A stretch of DNA of 64,000 nt from an uncultured candidatus Porisulfidus sp. (GCA_965116025.1 OZ220480.1:768001-832000), one strand, 5' to 3'. Numbered from the stretch's first letter, positions 22,250-32,822 are shown. The notes: generated from the letters alone by a model not told the origin. Translations and numbers: made by a program.

Positions 22250-24472
22250 ATGCCTTCTTCCACCACGCGCGAATGCTCCGAATCCGGTAAGCCGCGGCGA
22301 GCGGGGCGCGAGAGGCGGCGCGTGACCACGCCGCTTCTGCTGCAGATGCATATGACCGAGTGCGCCGCCGCGAGTCTGGGCAGCGTGCTCGCCTATTTCG
22401 GTCGCTGGGCGCCGCTCGCCGAATTGCGGGACGCGTGCGAGATCAGCCGCGACGGCTCCACCGCCGCCGGCATCAAGCGCGCCGCTGAGCGCTACGGCCT
22501 CGAGTGCGCGGGCTTTTTCGGAAAGATCCATCAAGTCAAGAAGCGGCCCCTTCCGCTGATTCTGTTCTGGGAATACAACCACTTCCTCATCCTGGAAGGC
22601 CACGACGAAAAATGGTTCTACCTCAACGATCCGGCCACCGGGCGCCGCAAGCTGTCCAGGAAGAGGTTCGAGGAGGGCTTCACCGGAGTGGCCCTGCAGT
22701 TCAAGCCGGGACCGGAGTTTCAGCCTGGGGGCGTTCGCCCTCGGATCCTGGAGCGCGTCCCGTCCTGGTTCCGGGGCGCCGGGCCGGCCTTGGCCTATGT
22801 GGCCGGGTGCGGGCTGGCGCTGACCGCGCTGGCCCTCGTGACTCCCGCGTCGCTGGCCATTTTCGTGGACCAGGCTCTGGGGCAAGGCGAGCCCTGGGGC
22901 TGGATCGTGGCGGGCGCGATGGCGGGCGCGGCCGTTCTGGTGTATGCGCTGACCTGGCTGAAGCGGCGATGCCTGCGGCGCTTGGCCGCCCGGATATCGA
23001 TCATCGCTTGGGATCGATGCCTGACTCGATTTCTGCGGTTGCCGATCGACTTCTTCCACCACCGCTTCGCGGGAGAGTTGACCGCCCGCGTTCTGTCGGT
23101 CGACAAGATCGCCAAGACTCTCTCGAATCATTTCGTCGATCTCCTGATCGAGCTCGGAATGAGCCTGGCGTTCCTGGCCGTCATGCTGGCGTACGAGCCG
23201 ACGCTGGCGTTGATCGTTTTGGGCCTGGCCGCGATCAACGCCGCTCTGACGCGCCTGATCGCTCGATTCCGATCAGACGCGAGCCACGCCCTGCAGCGGG
23301 AGCAGGGCCTGTTGCTCGGCATCGGGACGATGATGCTGCACCACACGGACACGTTGCGGATGACCGCCTCGGACGATCGCTTTTTCTCTCGCTGGAGCGG
23401 GCATCAGGCCCGGGAGCTTGCCGCGCGCCAGCGTTTCTCCGAACTGAGCCACGTCAACTCGTCCCTGCCAGGCATGTTCTCGATCTTGGGGAGCGTGGCG
23501 GTCCTGGCGGTTGGCGCGACCAAGGTGATGGATGGCGAGATGACGCTCGGCATGCTGATGGGGTTTTATGTCGTGGCCGCCATGTTCTTGGAGCCCGTCG
23601 GGCGCTTCGTCTCGTTCTCGGACGATCTCCAGGCCCTTTCGACGGACATGCAGCGTCTGGAGGATATCACGAAAGCCTCGGAAGATCCGGGGCTGGCGCG
23701 TCGCGATGATTCGTCGGGCTCCCTCGCCACTCTGAACGGGCGCCTGCGCTTGGCGGGCCATGTGGAGCTGCGCGACGTCAGCTTTGGCTACAACCGCGGC
23801 CGTCCTCCTCTGATCAAGAATTTCAACTTGACCATAAAGCCTGGGCAAAGGGTCGCGGTGGTCGGATCCAGCGGATCGGGAAAATCCACCCTGGCGCATC
23901 TGGTTTCCGGCATCTACCAGCCATGGTCCGGGGAGATCTTGTTCGATGGCCGCCCTCGACGCGAGATACCCGACGCGGTGCTGTCGCGATCCCTGTCCAT
24001 GGTGGACCAGAACGTCATTCTCTTCACCGCGACCGTGCGCGAGAACATCACGTTGTGGAATCCGGCCATTCCGGACGACATGCTGGTTTCCGCGGCCCGC
24101 GACGCCCGCGTTCACGACGATATTCTCGGTCGTCCGCATGGCTACGCGACGCGAGTCGAGGAGGATGGGGACAACTTCAGCGGGGGTCAGCGGCAGCGGC
24201 TGGAAATCGCGCGGGCGCTGGTCGGCAACCCGACCGTGCTGATTCTCGACGAGGCGACCAGCGCGCTCGACGCGGCGACGGAGGACTTGGTCGATGACGC
24301 GCTACGCCGCCGGGGAATCAGCTGCTTGATCGTGGCGCATCGGCTGAGCACGGTTCGAGACTGCGACCAGATCATCGTGCTCGAGAAGGGCGAGGTCGCG
24401 CAACGCGGCTCCCATGAGGAATTAATCGCGGACAAGGACGGGGTCTACTACCGGCTCGTCCAGGCGGGCTAG
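22250..24472 (+). CDS. NHLP-family ABC exporter with C39 peptidase, permease and ATPase domains
   Basis: QMHMTECAAA (catalytic Cys), WEYNHF (His), LNDPA (Asp); GSSGSGKST, FSGGQRQR, LILDEATS. Confidence 0.93.
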   Translation: MPSSTTRECSESGKPRRAGRERRRVTTPLLLQMHMTECAAASLGSVLAYFGRWAPLAELRDACEISRDGSTAAGIKRAAERYGLECAGFFGKIHQVKKRPLPLILFWEYNHFLILEGHDEKWFYLNDPATGRRKLSRKRFEEGFTGVALQFKPGPEFQPGGVRPRILERVPSWFRGAGPALAYVAGCGLALTALALVTPASLAIFVDQALGQGEPWGWIVAGAMAGAAVLVYALTWLKRRCLRRLAARISIIAWDRCLTRFLRLPIDFFHHRFAGELTARVLSVDKIAKTLSNHFVDLLIELGMSLAFLAVMLAYEPTLALIVLGLAAINAALTRLIARFRSDASHALQREQGLLLGIGTMMLHHTDTLRMTASDDRFFSRWSGHQARELAARQRFSELSHVNSSLPGMFSILGSVAVLAVGATKVMDGEMTLGMLMGFYVVAAMFLEPVGRFVSFSDDLQALSTDMQRLEDITKASEDPGLARRDDSSGSLATLNGRLRLAGHVELRDVSFGYNRGRPPLIKNFNLTIKPGQRVAVVGSSGSGKSTLAHLVSGIYQPWSGEILFDGRPRREIPDAVLSRSLSMVDQNVILFTATVRENITLWNPAIPDDMLVSAARDARVHDDILGRPHGYATRVEEDGDNFSGGQRQRLEIARALVGNPTVLILDEATSALDAATEDLVDDALRRRGISCLIVAHRLSTVRDCDQIIVLEKGEVAQRGSHEELIADKDGVYYRLVQAG

Positions 24473-24475
24473 CCG

Positions 24476-27385
24476 ATGCCGCTTCCAGAAATCGGCTCTC
24501 TTGAGCGCTTGGCCCTCCAGTCAGGCGCACCGACGCCTTGCGCCGGAAACCTGCCGATCGATCTGGATGATCCGCGACGCGCCTGGTTCATCGAGAAGGG
24601 CGCGGTCGATCTATTTCTGGTCGAGCGCCAGGATGGCGAGGACCAGGCGTCTCCGCAACATCTGTTTCGCGCCGACGCCGGGCGTCTCTTGCCGGGCGTG
24701 GCTCCGCAAATAAAGGGCACGGCGTTCAGCTTGAGGGCGAAAGGCTTGCCGGGCACGGTGCTGCGCCGCCTTTCCACCGAGCGCCTGAGCGCGATCTCGA
24801 GCGCGGAATTGGCCGAGCGGATCGACGCGTGGATCGCGGATCTCTCCACCGAGCTTTCCCGAGACGCGGGGCGCCGGCCGCGACCCGATTCGCCCATCCA
24901 GCCCGGCGAGCTCTCGCTCAACGCGGGTGACACGCTCTCGTCCCGGCAGGGCGTGGCGTGGATATCGCGGCTGCCTCAGGGCGCGGGACTGTTTCTGGGG
25001 TTGATCGATCCGGCCGAGAGCGATTTGCCCGACAGGGCCGCCACGCCGCTCACGCCGGCGACCTGGCTGACGTTGATGGAGACGACGAAAGTTTCCGTCC
25101 GCTCCTCCCGAGAGCTCGCCGAAGAGGGGCTTCTTCTGCCGGCCTTGGCGAGCTTCCACGGGACCGCGTTCGCTCATGAGCGGCTCAATCGCGATTTGGC
25201 CGCCGCCGATCAGGCGAATCTGGAGCGGGACCGCGTCACGAACCGCCGTGGCGACGAGGATCGCGCCCGTCGCCACCTGTTCAACCTTTATGATCGTCCG
25301 GATCAAGGAGCGGCCGACGCGAAGGGCGAGGCCTTGCTCGAGGCGCTGAAAGTCATCGGGGAGCGTGAGGGCATCGAATTTCAGTGGCCCGCCAGGCCGG
25401 GCGCCACCGATTCGGTTCCCGCGCTCGGCGACGTCCTGGACGCTTCCGGGGCGCGCGCCCGGCAGGTGCGGCTCGCTTGGGAAGAGCGATGGTGGGTGGG
25501 AGACGGCGGCGCGATGCTGGCGTTTCGAGAAGCCGACGGGCGGCCCGTGGCTTTGCTGCCCGGGGCGCTCGGGCGCTATCGGGAAGTGGAGCGAGCGGGC
25601 TCGCGCGGCGTTCGGGTGACTCCCCAGCGAGCGAAGGCGCTCGGTCCTGACGCGTGGGTGTTCTACCAGCCGCTGACGCCGGGCGAGGCGCGGCCGCGGG
25701 ATCTGTACCGACTCGTCCGGAAGGGCTTGGCCGCGGACTTCCTGCGATTCGTGGCCGCTGGCCTGATCGGTGGGCTGGTCATGCTGGCGCCCGCCGCCAT
25801 GGTCGGTTTCGTCGCCGACGAGGTCATTCCGACGGGCGAGGTCGGCTTGCTGCGCTTGGCGGTCGCGACCTTGGCCGCGCTCGCCTTGGCCGGGGCGCTG
25901 CTGCATATCCTTCAGGGCATGGCGCTCATGCGTCTCGAGGGGCGCGGCGCGTTCCGACTCGAGGCCGCGTTCTGGGATCGGTTGCTCCGATTGCCCTTGA
26001 GTCTCCTGCGCCGCTACCCGGCGGGCGATCTCGCCATGCGGGGCATGACGTTCCAGACTCTTCGCGACGCCGCGCGGGACGTGGTCGCCACCGCGGCGCT
26101 GTCCATCGTCTTCTCGCTTCCGGCCTTTCTTCTGATCTTCTATCACGACGCGACGCTGGGGATCGTCACGGTCGTTTTCGGATTCTTCTCTCTGGCCGTG
26201 ACCCTGGCGCTGGGCCTGCGGCAAGTCCCTCCGCACGACCGGGTGACGCGAACCGTTCATCGCATGGCCGGCCAGCTGTTTCAGTTCACGAACGGCATTT
26301 CCAAACTGCGGGTCGGTGACGCGGAGGGAACCGCCTTCGCGGTGCTGGCGCGAGGATACCGCGAGCGGAAGCGCGCGGAGTCCGGGCTGGGAGCCCTGGA
26401 AGACCATTCGCGGGCGTTCGGGGCCGCGGTGCCGCTGCTGGGCGGCGCCGCGCTGTTTCTGATGATGGAGCCGGGCCGGGAGGGCGTCGAGGTCGGGGAC
26501 TTTCTGGTCGTCTATCTCGCGTTCATGGTGTTCCAGGTGGCGGTCGCCAAGCTGGGCTCCTCGTTCGGCGCGGTCGCCGCCATCGTCTCGGCTTTCCGGC
26601 AGATCCGCCCGTTTCTGTCCGCGACTCCGGAGACGAGCTCCGAGGGAGAGCGGGTCGAGAGTCTGGGAGGCGAGGTGGCGCTCGACCATATCACGTTCCG
26701 GTACGACCCCGAAGGTCCCCTGATTCTCGACGATGTCACGATTCGCGCCCATCCGGGCGAGTTCGTCGCCATCGCCGGGGAATCGGGGGCGGGCAAGAGC
26801 ACGATCTTCCGAATCGCCCTCGGCCTGGACCAGCCGTCGTCCGGCGCGGTGTACTACGACGGGCGCGACCTGAGACGCCTGAATCTCAAGCAGCTGCGCC
26901 GGAAGGTCGGCGTCGTGCCGCAGGACGTGCAGCTTCACCCGGAGGATATCTGGGACAACATCGTCGGGGATCAGGAAGGCGTGGGGGCCGAGGAGGCCTG
27001 GGCGGTGGCCCGGGCCGCCTCGGTCGAGCGCGACATCCGGGCGATGCCCATGGGAATGATGACCTGCGTCGGGGGTGGCGGCCTCACGTCCGGAGGCGAA
27101 AGCCAGCGCATCATGATCGCGCACGCGCTGATCGAGCATCCTCGGGTCATGCTGCTCGACGAGGCGACGAATTGGCTCGATAACGACAATCAGGCCAGAA
27201 TCATGGACAATCTGGCGAATCTTCGATCCACCCGGATCGTGATCGCCCATCGCCTCTCGACCTTGCGCCAGGCGGACCGAATCTACGTGATGCGGGAGGG
27301 AAAGGTGGTCGAGATCGGGACGTTCGAGACGCTGATGGAGATCAGCGGAGTCTTCTGGAATCTGGTGCGGCGGCAGATCGCCTGA
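24476..27385 (+). CDS. NHLM-system ABC transporter permease/ATPase, second subunit
   Basis: N-terminal cNMP-like region, WWVGDGGAMLAF, six TM segments, GESGAGKST, SGGESQR, LLDEAT; C-terminus LVRRQIA. Confidence 0.9.
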   Translation: MPLPEIGSLERLALQSGAPTPCAGNLPIDLDDPRRAWFIEKGAVDLFLVERQDGEDQASPQHLFRADAGRLLPGVAPQIKGTAFSLRAKGLPGTVLRRLSTERLSAISSAELAERIDAWIADLSTELSRDAGRRPRPDSPIQPGELSLNAGDTLSSRQGVAWISRLPQGAGLFLGLIDPAESDLPDRAATPLTPATWLTLMETTKVSVRSSRELAEEGLLLPALASFHGTAFAHERLNRDLAAADQANLERDRVTNRRGDEDRARRHLFNLYDRPDQGAADAKGEALLEALKVIGEREGIEFQWPARPGATDSVPALGDVLDASGARARQVRLAWEERWWVGDGGAMLAFREADGRPVALLPGALGRYREVERAGSRGVRVTPQRAKALGPDAWVFYQPLTPGEARPRDLYRLVRKGLAADFLRFVAAGLIGGLVMLAPAAMVGFVADEVIPTGEVGLLRLAVATLAALALAGALLHILQGMALMRLEGRGAFRLEAAFWDRLLRLPLSLLRRYPAGDLAMRGMTFQTLRDAARDVVATAALSIVFSLPAFLLIFYHDATLGIVTVVFGFFSLAVTLALGLRQVPPHDRVTRTVHRMAGQLFQFTNGISKLRVGDAEGTAFAVLARGYRERKRAESGLGALEDHSRAFGAAVPLLGGAALFLMMEPGREGVEVGDFLVVYLAFMVFQVAVAKLGSSFGAVAAIVSAFRQIRPFLSATPETSSEGERVESLGGEVALDHITFRYDPEGPLILDDVTIRAHPGEFVAIAGESGAGKSTIFRIALGLDQPSSGAVYYDGRDLRRLNLKQLRRKVGVVPQDVQLHPEDIWDNIVGDQEGVGAEEAWAVARAASVERDIRAMPMGMMTCVGGGGLTSGGESQRIMIAHALIEHPRVMLLDEATNWLDNDNQARIMDNLANLRSTRIVIAHRLSTLRQADRIYVMREGKVVEIGTFETLMEISGVFWNLVRRQIA

Positions 27386-27485
27386 TACGGTCTGGCCTCG
27401 TGCCGGAGGCGCGTCATTCGAGGCGCCCCGTTGGCGCGTTTTCCGCTTTCCCTTTGGCGGCGGAGCGCGGTCGCCCGGCGAGCGC

Positions 27486-27773
27486 TCAGAGATGGTGGTT
27501 CAGACGTAGCTCCACGATGCTGTCGCGGCGCGCCGGATAGATCTGCCGGTTTCTCTCGTCCGCGCTGAGCGCGTGGAAGCCCTCCGCGTTCTTGGACCAG
27601 CGCTCTCGAAGCCTCTTCGTGGCGGGCATCGCATCGAAGGAAAAGTCCCGCGCCCGGATCCGCTCGAAGCCCGCCTCCTCAAGGGTCGCGACCACCCCGC
27701 TCCATGGTTCCAGAGGCGGCATGCGCCAGCCGTATCGCGCGCTCGCGCGCATGGCTTCTTGCTCTTCGGACAT
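27486..27773 (-). pseudogene. Possible C-terminal fragment of a SAM-dependent methyltransferase
   Basis: LEEAGFERIRARDFS resembles a class I MTase C-terminal motif; no GxGxG motif present. Confidence 0.3.
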
Positions 27774-27787
27774 GGGCGCGCCGCTCC

Positions 27788-27815
27788 TTGACAGAGCCAT
27801 CTCGACGTGGACAAT
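27788..27815 (+). promoter_or_regulatory. Candidate sigma70 promoter TTGACA-N16-GACAAT for the alkB-like/ycaO genes
   Basis: Perfect -35; GAGGAGG SD at 27842-27848 before ATG 27854. Confidence 0.4.
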
Positions 27816-27853
27816 GCCAAGATGCTGGCGGACGGACTGGCGAGGAGGCCGTG

Positions 27854-30265
27854 ATGGCGGAAGTCAGGGCAGAGGCGGGCGGCCTGAAGGGAAAGGCTCT
27901 CGATCCCTCGATCGGGAACGCCTTGCCGCACTTCCTGCCCCTCTTAGTTTTTCCGTTGCTCGCGCTCGCCGCGACGCATGGCGGCTGGTGGACCGCGGGG
28001 CCGCTCCTCTTCATCGCGCTGGTGAAGGTTCTTGATGGCGCGTTTGGGGAAGAAGAGCGGAATATGGACCCGAGCGCGCCGCTGGCGGGCCGCCTGCCTT
28101 GGTACGAGGCGCCGCTCTGGCTGTGGTCGATCCTGTGGCCTCTGACGCTGGTCTTCTCGCTCTGGCAGATTCTCGTCGCCGACCATTTGGCCATTTGGGA
28201 AATCGCGCTGGTGGCGCTGGCGCTGGTCAACGTCTCCCAAGCGGTTTTCATCATCGGCCATGAGCTGATCCACCGGCAGGCCACGTGGGAACGCTGGCTC
28301 GGCGAGTTTCTGCTGGCCTCCGCGTCTTATCCGCATTACGCGACCGAGCATGTCTACGTCCATCACGTGCTCGCCTGCACGCCGATGGATTCCGGGACCG
28401 CTCCCAAAGGCGTGAGCTTTTGGCAACTCATACCCGGAGATTTGAAGAACAGTCTTCTCGAGTCTTGGCGATTCGCGCGCGACCGTCTCGCTCGCCGGCG
28501 CTTGCCCGTCTGGCATCACGCGAATCCGTTCTGGCGCCACATCGCCGGAGTCGGGGCGTGGTACGCGCTGGTGTACTGGATGGGCGGGCCGTGGGCGTTG
28601 CTGATCTACGTGGCTCTTTGCTTCAGCGTGATCCTCTTTATGAAGATCATCAACTATGTCCAGCACTACGGCTTGCAACGCATTCGCTTGCCGAGCGGTC
28701 GATACGAGAAAGTGCGGCCGTGGCACTCCTGGAGCGCCTCGAGCAGGCTCACGAACTGGCTTTTCTACAACATGCAACGCCATGCCGATCACCATATCGA
28801 GATGATTCGGCATTATCCGTTGTTGCAGCACTATGGCGAGGACGAGTCCCCCAAGCTGCCGGGAAGCTACCTGCGGATGATCGGGCTGGCCGCGTTCCCC
28901 CGACGCTGGTTCAAGACGATGGACCCGCTGGTTGATCGCTGGCGCGAGAAGTTCTATCCGGAGATCAAGGACTGGCGCGCTTACGAGAGTCGGGCGTATG
29001 CCGCGTACCCGGACGCGTTCGAGACGATTCGCGAAATTCTCGATACCGCGCCCCTTCTCGCCGACTGGGTAGACGAGTCTCCGGAGTTGCTGGAAAACTT
29101 GCGGAGCAGGGAATTCACGGACCTGGACCTTCCGGGCGGCTTCGGGCCGGACGCGGAGTTCGAGAGGGTCGCTCGGCGCGGCCTCGCTCGCCTGTACTGG
29201 ACCCGCGAGTTCGGAGTCTCCGAGATGAGGGAGCGGATCGCGGAGATCCCGTTCCAGGGAATCCGGGAGGCGGTGGAGATCGCGCGGCGCTGGTCGAACG
29301 ACAAGACGTTCCAGATCTGCATGCATACGGCGCGCGGAAGCCTGTCGCCAGCTGAGGCCGCGACGGCGCTGTCCAACGTCGCCGAAGCCTCGATTTCCGC
29401 CTCGCTGGTGGCGGCCCAAAAAGTTCTCTCCGATCTCTACGCGTGGCGAGTCGAGGAGGGGAGCGTGGCCGTGGCGATATCGGGAGAGCTGGGCGGTGGC
29501 GAGACGACCCCTGGGGTCAAGTTCCGCCCCGTGATCGTGCATCAAGGAGCGGCCTCGGAATCCCACGACTACGAAGCGGCGTGCGGTCGATTCGTCGAGG
29601 CGCTCCGTTCTTTGTCGCGCGTCAATTTGCTGCTCGCGCCGGTCGCGAAGGACGAGGAGGAGAGAATGGTCTATTCCCTCGCTGAGTTCGTGGAGCGCTG
29701 TCGGTCCGCCACGTCCGCCGAGGACGCGCTCGAGCTAGCCCGGACGCGGCTCGTTTTTGGGGCTAGAACCTCCGAGACCGGAAGGCGACTCGCCGAGACG
29801 CGGCAGGAAGTCCTGACCCATGGCGCGGCGCGGGACGCGCTGCTCGCTGAGGCGCGCGAGAGGGACGGACAAGTCGCCGAATCCGGATCGCCCTCGATCC
29901 GCGACATGCGTGGCGGCGGCCGGGATGTCGAGCGCGCCGCCAGATTCCTGCAGCTGAAGCATGTGGACGACGTCCCTGATCTTCTAGCTACCGACGCGAT
30001 CTTGATTTTCCGGGTCGCGGGCGAAAGCGGGGTGGTTCCCGCGGATCTCGCGGAACGCCTGGAAAGCGCCGCGAAGATGTGGCGGAACCTGCGGGGCATC
30101 CTGCGACTGGTGAAGAAAGATCGCGCGTCGGCGGAAGCGGCGACTCCAGAAATCAAGGAGGTGATCGCCCGCGCCTGCGGACAGGACGATTTTGACGATT
30201 TGACCAAGGCGATCCGCGAGACCGCCTCTCAAGCGGGCGCCGACATTGACGCGCTGACGGCATGA
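27854..30265 (+). CDS. AlkB-like membrane di-iron monooxygenase/desaturase fused to a degenerate GlnE-like adenylyltransferase region
   Basis: His boxes HELIH, EHVYVHH, NYVQHYGL, MQRHADHH; C-terminal half has LSNVAEA, AVAISGELGGGE, RGGGRDVERAARFLQL, resembling GlnE segments. Confidence 0.8.
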   Translation: MAEVRAEAGGLKGKALDPSIGNALPHFLPLLVFPLLALAATHGGWWTAGPLLFIALVKVLDGAFGEEERNMDPSAPLAGRLPWYEAPLWLWSILWPLTLVFSLWQILVADHLAIWEIALVALALVNVSQAVFIIGHELIHRQATWERWLGEFLLASASYPHYATEHVYVHHVLACTPMDSGTAPKGVSFWQLIPGDLKNSLLESWRFARDRLARRRLPVWHHANPFWRHIAGVGAWYALVYWMGGPWALLIYVALCFSVILFMKIINYVQHYGLQRIRLPSGRYEKVRPWHSWSASSRLTNWLFYNMQRHADHHIEMIRHYPLLQHYGEDESPKLPGSYLRMIGLAAFPRRWFKTMDPLVDRWREKFYPEIKDWRAYESRAYAAYPDAFETIREILDTAPLLADWVDESPELLENLRSREFTDLDLPGGFGPDAEFERVARRGLARLYWTREFGVSEMRERIAEIPFQGIREAVEIARRWSNDKTFQICMHTARGSLSPAEAATALSNVAEASISASLVAAQKVLSDLYAWRVEEGSVAVAISGELGGGETTPGVKFRPVIVHQGAASESHDYEAACGRFVEALRSLSRVNLLLAPVAKDEEERMVYSLAEFVERCRSATSAEDALELARTRLVFGARTSETGRRLAETRQEVLTHGAARDALLAEARERDGQVAESGSPSIRDMRGGGRDVERAARFLQLKHVDDVPDLLATDAILIFRVAGESGVVPADLAERLESAAKMWRNLRGILRLVKKDRASAEAATPEIKEVIARACGQDDFDDLTKAIRETASQAGADIDALTA

Positions 30266-30367
30266 CTCGGAAGCGCCCCGCGCCGAAATTCGCGCGCGCG
30301 TCGAGCTCGAGAATCGTGGAAACCGGCCAGCTCCCTTAGAGCGGCCGACGGCATTGGATCTTCTGGC

Positions 30368-32785
30368 GTGAAGCGTGGCGCGGACGGGCTATGCCGGGAC
30401 GCGATCCCGCGTGACCAGGCCCAGCCAGCGGGAAGATCAGGCGTGGACGGAAAGCCTGATGACGAAGCGTCGCCGCGAGCGGCTCCCAGCCGTGGAATTC
30501 TGAGCGAAGTCGCGGCCGCCGAGATAGGCCCCATCGAGAGGCCCGCGATCACTCCGCACCTTGAGTTTCGCGAGATCGACGCCGGACGGACGCTCTTGGT
30601 TTCCGAGCGTTTCAACACGTTGCTTCGCGAGCCAATCCACGCGGAACTTCTCCCGTTGCTCGATGGGTCTCGCTCCCGCCGCGACATCATCGCCGCGCTT
30701 TCGCCCGCGCGCTCGGAATCGCGGGTTCAGGCGGCGTTGCGGGCTCTGGCCTCCCGGGGCTATATCGTTTCTGGAGAGCACGCCATGGATCGCGGGTCCG
30801 CGGCGTTTTGGACTTCTCTGGGGGCCTCTCCCCGATACGCTGAGGAGCGTCTCGCGGAATCGAGAGTGGAAGTCGTGGGCGATGACGCCGAGCTGGCCCG
30901 CCGGCTTGGCGCCATGGGCGTGAGCGTTGGCGCGGGCCGTCCGACTCTGGTCGTCGTCTCGTGCGCCGACTATCTTGATGAGCGGCATGCCGCCGCGAAT
31001 CGGCGGCACATCGAATCGGGCGTGCCGTGGACGCTGATCAGACCGAAAGGAATCCGCCCTTTATTCGGACCGATTTTCCGGCCGGCGGAAGGGGGGCCTT
31101 GCTGGGCTTGTCTGGCGTACCGTCTCCGGGGACATCAGGAAGTCCATAACTTCTTGCGCAACCTTTCTGGCGAGGAGGCGGCTTTCCTGCCCAATGTCGC
31201 TGAGCCCGCCGTCTTGGCGGCGATCTACGGTCTGGCCGCGGCCGAAATCGCCAAGTGGCTGGTTTTCCGAGAAAAAGCGCCGCTTCACGAGCAGGTCATC
31301 TCCATGGATGTCGCCCGCCTCGAGAGCGCGCGCCATCAGGTGGCGCGTCGTCCGCAGTGTCTCGAGTGCGGCGACGAGGCGTTGTTCCGCGCCGACCGCC
31401 CGGCGACTCCCGCGCTCTTGAAGCCGAGCCCGAAAAACGTCCGCGACAGTGGTGGCGCGCGCTCGGTGTCCCCGGAGGAGACCTTGGGCAAGTATCGCCA
31501 CCTGATCAGCTCGGTCAGCGGGGTCGTGTCGTGGCTGACGCGCGTTACGGAGGATGGCGATCCGTGGTTGCATGTCTACTGGGCCGGAAGCAATTTCGCG
31601 CTGAGAAGCGACAGGCTGAGCTCGCTGCGACGTAGCCTGCGAAACAAGAGCGCGGGCAAGGGGAGCACGCCTCGACAGGCCGAGGCGAGCGCGCTTTGCG
31701 AGGCGGTCGAGCGTTATTCCAGCGCGTTCCATGGCGACGAGATCCGTCGCCGAAAGCGTTTCGTCGATTTTCTCAAGGCGGGCGAATTGGAAGCCATCCA
31801 TCCGAACGAGGTCCAGCTGTTCAGCGACCGTCAGCTGGAGAACGCCGAGCGAATCAACGCTCGGGGCCATCCCTATAACTTCGTTCCGGCGCGGTTTGAC
31901 CCAGAGGCGGAAATCGATTGGTCACCCGTATGGTCGCTGACCCAGGGCCGGCATCGCTATTTGCCGACTTCCGTGCTCTACGGAATGCCTGACGAGAGGC
32001 GAGGAGATTCGGATCTGAAGGCGGATTCGAATGGTTGCGCGGCTGGCAATACGCTGGAAGAAGCTATTCTTCAGGGCTTCTTCGAATTGGTCGAGCGAGA
32101 CGCCTTCGCGGTCTGGTGGTATAACCGGCTACGCCTGCCCGAGGTGAGCCTGGAGAGCTTCGATGACGAATATCTCTCGACCGCGCGCGCTCGCTACCAG
32201 GGTTTCGGCCGGGAGATGTGGGTGCTGGACGCCACGCATGATCTCGGGATCCCGACTTTCGTCGCGGTCTCGAGGCGAACCGACAAGGAAACGGAAGACA
32301 TCATCTACGGAGCGGGCGCGCATTCCGATCCGCATATCGCGGTCTCGCGCGCGGTATGCGAGCTGAATCAGTTTCTGAACTGGGCCCAAGGGTCGGAGCG
32401 CGGCGGTTGCGGCCATGACGTAGACGATCCGATGTGTCTCTGGTGGTGGCGAAACGCGAAGCTCTCGGAGCATTCCTATTTGGCGCCGGATGGCGATTCC
32501 ACCCAGCGTGGAAAATCGGACTATCCCGTCCCCGACACCACGGATGTCAGAGAGGATATCGAATGGTGCCGCGCCTTGGTCGAGAGCAAGGGCCTGGAGT
32601 TTTTGGCGCTCGACCAGACTCGTCCCGATATCGGTATGCCGGTGGCGAGGGTCATCGTGCCCGGCCTGCGCCATTTTTGGGAGCGCTTCGCGCCCGGTCG
32701 CCTGTTCGGCGTGCCGGTCGAGATGAAGTGGCGCGAAACTCCTCTCGCGGAAGCGGATCTAAACCCGGTCCCGGTTCTCGTGTGA
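30368..32785 (+). CDS. TOMM leader-binding/E1-like-YcaO fused cyclodehydratase (start uncertain)
   Basis: GPCWACL and CLEC Zn motifs, SAGKG, CEAVERYS, DSNGCAAGNTLEEAILQGFFELVERDA, RVIVPGLRHFW, C-terminal PVPVLV. Confidence 0.93.
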   Translation: MKRGADGLCRDAIPRDQAQPAGRSGVDGKPDDEASPRAAPSRGILSEVAAAEIGPIERPAITPHLEFREIDAGRTLLVSERFNTLLREPIHAELLPLLDGSRSRRDIIAALSPARSESRVQAALRALASRGYIVSGEHAMDRGSAAFWTSLGASPRYAEERLAESRVEVVGDDAELARRLGAMGVSVGAGRPTLVVVSCADYLDERHAAANRRHIESGVPWTLIRPKGIRPLFGPIFRPAEGGPCWACLAYRLRGHQEVHNFLRNLSGEEAAFLPNVAEPAVLAAIYGLAAAEIAKWLVFREKAPLHEQVISMDVARLESARHQVARRPQCLECGDEALFRADRPATPALLKPSPKNVRDSGGARSVSPEETLGKYRHLISSVSGVVSWLTRVTEDGDPWLHVYWAGSNFALRSDRLSSLRRSLRNKSAGKGSTPRQAEASALCEAVERYSSAFHGDEIRRRKRFVDFLKAGELEAIHPNEVQLFSDRQLENAERINARGHPYNFVPARFDPEAEIDWSPVWSLTQGRHRYLPTSVLYGMPDERRGDSDLKADSNGCAAGNTLEEAILQGFFELVERDAFAVWWYNRLRLPEVSLESFDDEYLSTARARYQGFGREMWVLDATHDLGIPTFVAVSRRTDKETEDIIYGAGAHSDPHIAVSRAVCELNQFLNWAQGSERGGCGHDVDDPMCLWWWRNAKLSEHSYLAPDGDSTQRGKSDYPVPDTTDVREDIEWCRALVESKGLEFLALDQTRPDIGMPVARVIVPGLRHFWERFAPGRLFGVPVEMKWRETPLAEADLNPVPVLV

Positions 32786-32822
32786 TGGGGCGCGGCGCCC
32801 CGCGATCAGCTGGGCCGCATGC

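Noticed and set aside
24611-27250. Long antisense/alternate-frame ORFs (e.g. 24611-27250, 21416-23131, 27944-29566, 50077-51753, 56969-58912)
   Set aside because: Shadow ORFs expected in high-GC coding DNA; Arg/Gly/Pro-rich, no motifs, opposite well-supported genes.
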